Sequence record: ON045001.1
Direction: 5' to 3' (one strand)
From: Klebsiella phage vB_KpnS_SXFY507
Length of the DNA stretch: 53,089 bases
Part shown: one piece after another, positions 47,408-53,089 of the stretch
Numbering within the stretch: position 1 is the first letter of the stretch
Layout of the letters: the number at the start of each line of letters is the position of its first letter
Made by a program: the position numbers and the translations under genes
The notes under the pieces: model-generated
Told to the model about the DNA's origin: nothing
What the model saw: only the letters and a program-made list of their open reading frames with translations
The model's database searches: none

Positions 47408-47890
47408 ATGACGCCTAATCAAATCAAAACGACGCTGACGGGCGTCATGGGGGCGGCTGCTGTTCTCTTGATGCAGCTTGAGGGTACTCACTACGAAGTT
47501 TATTACGATATCGCCGGAATCCCCACGGTATGCGAAGGTATCACCGGGCCGGATGTTATCCTGGGTAAAACATACACTCGCTACGAATGCGACAAGCTCC
47601 TTGAGAAGCATATCATCGTGGCAAAGCGAGAGGTAGATCGAGACATTAAGGTTAATGTTCCCGATACTTTCCGCGCCGCAATGTATAGCTTTACCTTCAA
47701 CGCCGGAACAGGCGCTTATCGCTATAGCCGGATGTTAACCCTAACCAACCAAGGCAAACTATACGAGGCTTGCGAACAGCTTCACCGTTGGGTTTACTTC
47801 ACCAACCCGAAGACGGGGAAGAAGGAAGTTTCAAAGGGGCTGAAAAATCGCCGCGCAACCGAGTTTAAAACCTGCATTAAGGATCTGTAA
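47408..47890 (+). CDS. endolysin, phage lysozyme family (GH24)
   Basis: LEGTHYEVYYDIAGIPTVCEGIT active-site pattern and FTFNAGTGAYRYSRML; N-terminal weakly hydrophobic segment. Confidence 0.85.
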   Translation: MTPNQIKTTLTGVMGAAAVLLMQLEGTHYEVYYDIAGIPTVCEGITGPDVILGKTYTRYECDKLLEKHIIVAKREVDRDIKVNVPDTFRAAMYSFTFNAGTGAYRYSRMLTLTNQGKLYEACEQLHRWVYFTNPKTGKKEVSKGLKNRRATEFKTCIKDL

Positions 47891-47891
47891 A

Positions 47892-48284
47892 ATGAAACGA
47901 AGATATTTGATTGTTCCACTTCTGGCAATAGCTTTATCTGGCTGCTCCGCAACATCAGCGCTAACTGGCCTGATTGGTCAAAAGCCGGATATTACAGCGC
48001 AAGCGGGCGCTGAAAACGTCAAGCAAACGGTAGGCATCACAGCGAAGCAGGACGCATCAAGCGAGCAGAAGACGGAGGTTAAGGATTCGGTTGTCGGCAA
48101 GGTTGATAGCTCCGCACGCAAGCGCGAGAACGCCACCAGCATCACAGCAGACACTATCACCGCCGAGAAGATCGAGGTTCACAACTCCGACAGCGGTTAT
48201 GGGTACGCTATCTTAGGCGTCGCCCTCCTGGCGATTCTCGCTTCCCTTCTCTACCTATTCCGCAAACAAAAAAAGGAGCCGTAA
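47892..48284 (+). CDS. candidate unimolecular spanin (lipoprotein plus C-terminal TM)
   Basis: MKRRYLIVPLLAIALSGC lipobox and C-terminal YGYAILGVALLAILASLLYLFRKQKKEP, directly after the endolysin. Confidence 0.7.
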   Translation: MKRRYLIVPLLAIALSGCSATSALTGLIGQKPDITAQAGAENVKQTVGITAKQDASSEQKTEVKDSVVGKVDSSARKRENATSITADTITAEKIEVHNSDSGYGYAILGVALLAILASLLYLFRKQKKEP

Positions 48285-48296
48285 GGCTCCTTTCTT
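48272..48296. terminator. bidirectional terminator
   Basis: AAAGGAGCC-GTAA-GGCTCCTTTC between convergent genes. Confidence 0.8.
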
Positions 48297-48514
48297 CATT
48301 CGTAAATCCTGACATTCATCAATAGAACACCATCACGATCGTGCAGGTTGTGTTCCTTCTCCTTTGTCACGCGCATTGCAGTATGCAATAAGCTTAGCGC
48401 GGCACTGAAGAATTGCTCTTGTGAGATCTGCCGGATTGCTACAAGGCGGTGAACCTCCGTTATCAACTCTTCCGCCTGGTTTCCCGAAAAGCTTTTCATC
48501 ATTGAGTTTTTCAA
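48296..48514 (-). CDS. hypothetical protein, or +1 frame continuation of 48333..48821
   Basis: protein-like composition; TTG start with GGAG 10 nt upstream. Confidence 0.5.
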   Translation of the reverse strand: MKNSMMKSFSGNQAEELITEVHRLVAIRQISQEQFFSAALSLLHTAMRVTKEKEHNLHDRDGVLLMNVRIYE

Positions 48515-48821
48515 CGTTCATCATCTCCAACATGTAGCGACTATCGCGGCCCTTGAACGATTCAAACTCAAAGTTTACCGGGCGCTTGTCCGGCCCCTTT
48601 GCGCTGGCGTAACCGTCGCTATAGTTAAGGTATCCGAGAGTTACCCATCTCGCCAGGCACTCTTTGGACACCATCGAAGCAAAGAAGCGGGGAGTAACCC
48701 CCGCCGCCCGCGCCAACCTGGAGCACTCGCGATGATTGAACACGAAGCGCGCCAGATGCTGGCGGTTGAATTGCCGCCATGACTCACAGAAACGATACAG
48801 ATCTAAAAGAAACATAATCAC
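48333..48821 (-). CDS. hypothetical protein; the last ~60 codons overlap 48296..48514
   Basis: coupled to the stop of the DUF3987-like gene. Confidence 0.55.
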   Translation of the reverse strand: MIMFLLDLYRFCESWRQFNRQHLARFVFNHRECSRLARAAGVTPRFFASMVSKECLARWVTLGYLNYSDGYASAKGPDKRPVNFEFESFKGRDSRYMLEMMNVEKLNDEKLFGKPGGRVDNGGSPPCSNPADLTRAILQCRAKLIAYCNARDKGEGTQPARS

Positions 48822-50404
48822 CCCAACAAGGAAGGATTAAGGAAAATATTGTCATCCACTACGCAAATCACGTTCAACTCTTGCAATCGTGGTAGTATTA
48901 CCTCTTTCATTTTCTTTGTGGTTCCGGCCTGGCCTTTGAAGATCTGGAGGTTTCGGATCGAGTTATAAAGAACACGATAGCCGATGTATCCCCCCTTAAT
49001 GGTCTTGGCCCGCTTAGTGATCGCATCGTAAACCGCTTTAAGTTCTGCACTCTCGCCTGCAAATCCTGAAGCATCCGCCGAGCTAAGATAAGTCTTACTT
49101 AACTCATGAAACATCAAGATCGCCTCTTCGATCGTGTCAACCTCAATTTCTCGCGACTTCTTAGGCTGTCCTTTGTCGTCGCTCCAGTTCCGTATGGCGT
49201 GGAGAACGGAAGCTATGCGTAAAACCTGCTTATCGAACTTACCCATAGCACCGCGCAACATAGTGTGGGAATACTTGCCACCATCGGCGAGATCCGGCTC
49301 TAACTCCTGGCGCGCCCGGTTAAGTCTGCGCATCCCGGCAACCGTCACGCGAAGCTTTACATCTTGCTCCGTCATGATGTTATGAATCAGGCGGAAGTAT
49401 TGAGCCTTTAACTCTTGATTAACTGGCTCGTATGTGCTATCGCCGTCATCGTCGATAAACGTTCGTCTGCCTAAGAATGATTCCTCCCTAACCAGCAAGA
49501 AACGCTCGGAAACGCCGATACCGCGAGAGCCAGCCTGCATGATTGCGTCGATCGTCTCATCCTGAGCGATAACCGAGATGCAGCCAGAAGCGACGAAGCT
49601 CATGTTGTTTTCTGCGTTGGAGCGCGCGATCGATACGTGGCCCATATCCCATGCCTTAAGGACAAGCTCGCTGTTCGTTTTCCTGCTTGCGTCGGCATAC
49701 GTCATGCCAAGCAGTGAGTTAACGCTCGTTGCCTCATCGGAGATAACCGCAAAGTTTCCTTGCTTGTTGTTTATCTTCGCCAGGCCTTCAGGCGTCGTAT
49801 CGGACACGGGGAAAACAATGTCACACAACCTTTCTAAATCCTCGTTGCACTTGTCGAGATCCTCATATAAAACAGCCATATCACTGGCGGCCTTCTCTCC
49901 CTTCATCTCATTCTTGATAGCCGAGATCTTGGCGAGCACCTTCTTTCGCTCCTTCTTGCGCTCTTCATTTATGCGATCGACTTCCGCAACAATCGGAGCA
50001 ATAGCCAGCGAGTTAATAGCAGATTTCCCCGTTGATGGCGGCTGACTGGTGACAACGTAAAGTGATGTTGGCTGTTCCGTTCCGTGATACTCAACGAAAA
50101 AGCGCCCCAGCATAGCAGAGGACACAACCCCCAGGAAATGCATATAAGCAGATGATTCAGGGAATTGAACCGATGCGGAAATGTTTAGCGCCAGGCGTCC
50201 GACGATATCGTAATCATTAGCGATCGAGATGATCGGGTACTTCTCGTTATCTCCCTCAACCTCTCGAACCTTACCCCAAAAAGAGAACGAAGAGCGATAG
50301 CCGTTATTCTTTATTGATACGTAAACGGCAGATAGCCCTTGTGCCTCGGATATGGCGAGAATTTGTTGAGGCGACAAACGATCGTCTCTCATATCGTTAT
50401 ACAT
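48818..50404 (-). CDS. DUF3987-like replication protein / ATPase
   Basis: VVTSQPPSTGKSAINSLAIAPI, FAVISDEATSVNSLLGM, SERFLLVRE. Confidence 0.82.
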   Translation of the reverse strand: MYNDMRDDRLSPQQILAISEAQGLSAVYVSIKNNGYRSSFSFWGKVREVEGDNEKYPIISIANDYDIVGRLALNISASVQFPESSAYMHFLGVVSSAMLGRFFVEYHGTEQPTSLYVVTSQPPSTGKSAINSLAIAPIVAEVDRINEERKKERKKVLAKISAIKNEMKGEKAASDMAVLYEDLDKCNEDLERLCDIVFPVSDTTPEGLAKINNKQGNFAVISDEATSVNSLLGMTYADASRKTNSELVLKAWDMGHVSIARSNAENNMSFVASGCISVIAQDETIDAIMQAGSRGIGVSERFLLVREESFLGRRTFIDDDGDSTYEPVNQELKAQYFRLIHNIMTEQDVKLRVTVAGMRRLNRARQELEPDLADGGKYSHTMLRGAMGKFDKQVLRIASVLHAIRNWSDDKGQPKKSREIEVDTIEEAILMFHELSKTYLSSADASGFAGESAELKAVYDAITKRAKTIKGGYIGYRVLYNSIRNLQIFKGQAGTTKKMKEVILPRLQELNVICVVDDNIFLNPSLLG

Positions 50405-50615
50405 AAAACACTCCTGTTAAGTGGATAGGTGAAACCATTATCCACATTTACACAATCAAGATCCAATGAATTATGGTAAGACGCCTCGAAAAGCGCCTAA
50501 CGATAATGGGGCCGAAGCCCCAACCAATCAGAGATATTTGGCTTCGAACGTGGTTCCATCGGCGATCGAGAATCCGACCTCTTCGCGGAAGAGAGTCCAT
50601 CGGCAACCGTCATTA

Positions 50616-50966
50616 TCAAATGATATACCCGGCTACTCCGCCCAGCGCGCGACCGCTTTCAACCTGGTAGCGCTTGCCAACCGTGAATGATTTCTTCACC
50701 GGGTTTTTGTGATCGAGCGCCATACACTTAAGTGTTTTGGTTTTCAGTTCAACGAATGTTGCGCAGCCTTCACGCTCTTCATTGCTTCCACTTGCAATGG
50801 TTCCAACCATAATCATATTTTTCGGCAGGTCGAACCAAACTCCGTATTTATCCCGAACCTGCATCGAACCATCATCTTTAATTCGACCTTTGTAGAGTAC
50901 GGAATCCTCAAAGAATGAATTTAAGTTTGACGCGGTGCATTTAAGTTTGATTGATTTGGTAGCCAT
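50616..50966 (-). CDS. KxKC...FxxGKxY family protein with two imperfect copies of the domain
   Basis: IKLKCTASNLNSFFEDSVLYKG and TLKCMALDHKNPVKKSFTVGKRYQV in one ORF. Confidence 0.65.
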   Translation of the reverse strand: MATKSIKLKCTASNLNSFFEDSVLYKGRIKDDGSMQVRDKYGVWFDLPKNMIMVGTIASGSNEEREGCATFVELKTKTLKCMALDHKNPVKKSFTVGKRYQVESGRALGGVAGYII

Positions 50967-51000
50967 TTCTTTATTTCCCTTGTGTGTTTGGTATGGAAAG

Positions 51001-51043
51001 ATAATACCCGATCTTGCGACCGGGCATTTATCAATTCGTGCTA
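51001..51043 (-). promoter_or_regulatory. early promoter module: TAGCA-CGAAT-TGATA, 22 bp, TATTAT
   Basis: same architecture on the - strand upstream of 50966. Confidence 0.7.
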
Positions 51044-51718
51044 TTTTAAGAACCAGTTCGCTTCGAATACAGCGCGAGCGAATCCGCGAGGGGTAATGGA
51101 ACGGAGCATTTTTGTACGCTCGGACTTGCCGCCTAAATATTTCCAGGCCCAAAAAAAGCCAATAGATTCAACGGGTTTTCTTTCCGGCTCTTTGAATCCA
51201 TTCCCGCACCAAATGCAAGTCTTTTTATTGTACGCATCCTGGCGGGGCATTTTTTGGTGCCAAACTTCCTCTTCGGGCCTCATATATCCGCCGAACTCAC
51301 ACGGATGGAAATAGAAATCAGGCTTGCGCCAAAGCGTCGATAATTTACCAACCGGGTTTTCAACCATCCAAGGGCAATTATAAAGAGCGCCTAACCCCTC
51401 AATCATTTTCGCGTTGTCAACCGAAATATAAAGGGCATCATCCGCGCGCTCATGCTTAGCGCCGCTATGGGCTAAATCAGTGCATGACGGGAACGCAAAA
51501 ATAATATCCGGCTTCGGCATCCCTAGGATCTCACACTTTATAGCGAAATCGCGATCAATCCACATGTTGACATACTCAATATTCGGATGTTCCATGCGAA
51601 TTTTATATTCGCCGTGGTCGCCGGAATCAGCGTTAAAGCAATAAACCTTTGCGCCGCGCTCCGCCCAGGGCAGGCCCATAATCCCGGAACCGTCAAATAG
51701 ACACCATACCGTTTTCAC
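51041..51718 (-). CDS. DNA cytosine-C5 methyltransferase-like protein
   Basis: LFDGSGIMGLPWAERGAKVYCFNAD, IIFAFPSCTDLAHSGAK, WMVENPVG; GTG start overlapping the upstream TGA. Confidence 0.72.
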   Translation of the reverse strand: MKTVWCLFDGSGIMGLPWAERGAKVYCFNADSGDHGEYKIRMEHPNIEYVNMWIDRDFAIKCEILGMPKPDIIFAFPSCTDLAHSGAKHERADDALYISVDNAKMIEGLGALYNCPWMVENPVGKLSTLWRKPDFYFHPCEFGGYMRPEEEVWHQKMPRQDAYNKKTCIWCGNGFKEPERKPVESIGFFWAWKYLGGKSERTKMLRSITPRGFARAVFEANWFLK

Positions 51719-51948
51719 TCTGAAACCTCCGAAAAAGTCGCGACGCCTAACACCGCCCAATAATCAGGCCACCCTTTAACGACTTGCCAGGTCATGCCGC
51801 CCATCTTGCGCTCGCGATCGCCGTCAATGCTCAACTCATCGCGCACGCCCTTGATGGTTTGAGCTTCGTAAATCTTACCCTTCGTGAAGAAGGGCAGTTT
51901 CTTATCTCCAGGCGAGATCGCGCCAGTGCATTTAAGTTTGATTACCAC
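51715..51948 (-). CDS. small protein, KxKC...FxxGKxY family
   Basis: MVIKLKCTGAISPGDKKLPFFTKGKIYEAQ. Confidence 0.65.
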   Translation of the reverse strand: MVIKLKCTGAISPGDKKLPFFTKGKIYEAQTIKGVRDELSIDGDRERKMGGMTWQVVKGWPDYWAVLGVATFSEVSE

Positions 51949-52142
51949 GGAATAAAATCTCCATCGTCAAAGGAATCTGTATCGATCACGTCATCCAGGT
52001 CATCGGTAAACGGGAGGCTTTCTTCGTCCATATCCATATCGCCGAGCGCCTCGGATAGTGACATGTAGCCGCAAGCAACCGCCATTGCGTAATCGGTATT
52101 TAGTCCGGCGTCAAGCGCCGCATGGAATAACTTCTCATCCAT
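51942..52142 (-). CDS. hypothetical small acidic protein
   Basis: ORF 51942..52217 trimmed to MDEKLFHAALDAG...; highly acidic C-terminus. Confidence 0.55.
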   Translation of the reverse strand: MDEKLFHAALDAGLNTDYAMAVACGYMSLSEALGDMDMDEESLPFTDDLDDVIDTDSFDDGDFIPW

Positions 52143-52500
52143 TTTGAACCACCTTTTTATATTCGCGCAACTTAGCCGCGCATGACTTTGAACAAGTTCG
52201 GCCCCAGCCGCGAGCAAGATCCGATTTCTTGACTTTGTAGACGGCCCCGCACGCCGGAGCCTCGCAGCATTTCATTTCCGTTGCAGATTTGCGCGGCGCG
52301 GAACAATCCGCCTTTGCCTTTTGGCTTGAACCAGTCAGCGAACCATCGCCAGGGCTTTTCGTTGACCAGAAGAATTGAACTTTTGCCACCTCTTCGCCGA
52401 ATTCGTTAACGAACATGTAAACGCCTTTGCTCTTCAGCGCCACTATACAGTGATGCATTTCGCCGTTAACTTCGAAGTATGCGCGATCGCCTTCTTTCAT
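52135..52500 (-). CDS. hypothetical protein with C-terminal zinc-ribbon-like segment
   Basis: KCCEAPACGAVYKVKKSDLARGWGRTCSKSCAAKLREYK. Confidence 0.65.
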   Translation of the reverse strand: MKEGDRAYFEVNGEMHHCIVALKSKGVYMFVNEFGEEVAKVQFFWSTKSPGDGSLTGSSQKAKADCSAPRKSATEMKCCEAPACGAVYKVKKSDLARGWGRTCSKSCAAKLREYKKVVQNG

Positions 52501-52728
52501 TTATGCGTACCACTTTTCGATAAAGATTCGATTATCGGTAAGCAGAACGGAAACCTGCATCTCGTTCATTGCCACCACGCGAGAACCCGGAACCGTACCA
52601 ACCGCAAATGCGCCATTCGGTCGTTTGGTGATCGTGACTTGAGTCATGCCGGAAGCCTTATCCATACGGACGACACAACGACCCTTCTTCTCAACCAGTG
52701 CCAGGATACCCATAACTTTACAGTTCAT
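52501..52728 (-). CDS. hypothetical small protein (MNCKVMGILALVEKKGRC...)
   Basis: ORF 52501..52773 trimmed to an ATG downstream of the promoter module. Confidence 0.55.
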   Translation of the reverse strand: MNCKVMGILALVEKKGRCVVRMDKASGMTQVTITKRPNGAFAVGTVPGSRVVAMNEMQVSVLLTDNRIFIEKWYA

Positions 52729-52760
52729 TTTTACTACTCCGTTTTGTTTGGTGTGGGGAT

Positions 52761-52804
52761 AATATACCATCATCCCCGATCGGTTGTTTTAGCAAAAAGT
52801 GCTA
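52761..52804 (-). promoter_or_regulatory. early promoter module: TAGCA-CTTTT-TGCTA, 23 bp, TATATT
   Basis: perfect box on the - strand; dyad GGGGAT/ATCCCC. Confidence 0.7.
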
Positions 52805-53089
52805 TACGAAGGATAATTCAACGTAGCCATTGCGATAGAACCGCAACTTGATGATCCCGTAATGGTACACAACATCAACCACTTCTTCGCCCATAAGATC
52901 GAGCAGGCGTCGCTGATTGTTGAAGGTGCAATTGTCCCGGAACATCTGATTAATCCCGTGAGTCTTAACCAGCGCCTGGATTGACTCCTTTACATTGATG
53001 TAATCTAGGTAACGGTGATGTGCACGCATCAAGATTCGCGCATGATTCATTTCGTTGCGTGCCTTCTTCAGTTCGATGATGCTAGCCAT
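52802..53089 (-). CDS. hypothetical protein, probably the C-terminal part of the left-edge ORF
   Basis: open frame to the right edge, in phase with ORF 1..390 across the junction; no clear Shine-Dalgarno across the join before the edge Met. Confidence 0.55.
   Translation of the reverse strand: MASIIELKKARNEMNHARILMRAHHRYLDYINVKESIQALVKTHGINQMFRDNCTFNNQRRLLDLMGEEVVDVVYHYGIIKLRFYRNGYVELSFV

Noticed and set aside
49578-50045. 155-aa + strand ORF
   Set aside because: Antisense to the DUF3987-like gene; composition is the mirror of that coding frame.
50466-50690. ORFs 50466..50690 and 50473..50670
   Set aside because: Overlap the - strand gene at 50616 and a GGGGCC-GAA-GCCCC hairpin region; no recognisable protein features.
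1-53089. CRISPR arrays, tRNA genes, integrase, transposase, reverse transcriptase / diversity-generating retroelement
   Set aside because: I looked for regular spaced repeats, cloverleaf-like segments and signature motifs in the translations and found none that I can support by eye. A tRNAscan and HMM search would be needed to exclude them fully.

Overview
The window looks like a near-complete or complete genome of a tailed, siphovirus-like phage. No integrase or other lysogeny gene was recognised. On the + strand, about 1.4-10.0 kb holds many small early or accessory genes. They are followed by packaging and head genes (about 10.1-18.2 kb), tail genes (18.2-32.8 kb, including a likely -1 frameshifted tail-assembly chaperone pair, the tape measure and a 2,209-aa J-like tip protein with a very long repetitive coiled coil) and an S74-chaperone tail fiber (34.3-36.2 kb). 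A - strand block (36.2-40.3 kb) encodes SSB, an ERF-family protein, a RecE-like nuclease, a Zn-ribbon primase-like protein and an HTH protein. A + strand block (40.3-48.3 kb) encodes a helicase, VRR-NUC, a Dam-like MTase, a metallophosphoesterase, a HAD phosphatase, a dNMP kinase-like protein and lysis genes. A final - strand block runs from 53.1 to 48.3 kb. The ORF open at the left edge is in frame with the ORF at the right edge, so the sequence is probably a circular map opened inside a gene. The most interesting signals are: (1) at least 15 copies of a 15-bp palindromic box, TAGCA-N5-TGYTA, placed 21-23 bp (usually 22) upstream of a TATAGT/TATTAT -10 and centred near -42, often containing the stop codon of the preceding gene; (2) inverted repeats with covarying arms that flank or overlap the -10 in many of these promoters; (3) a roughly 370-bp AT-rich noncoding region with many GGTAAGAT/ATCTTACC repeats and a perfect 10-bp inverted repeat, a candidate origin or control region; (4) a dispersed family of small proteins with a K-x-K-C...F-x-x-G-K-x-Y pattern. 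All function assignments come from reading the sequence; no database search was run.
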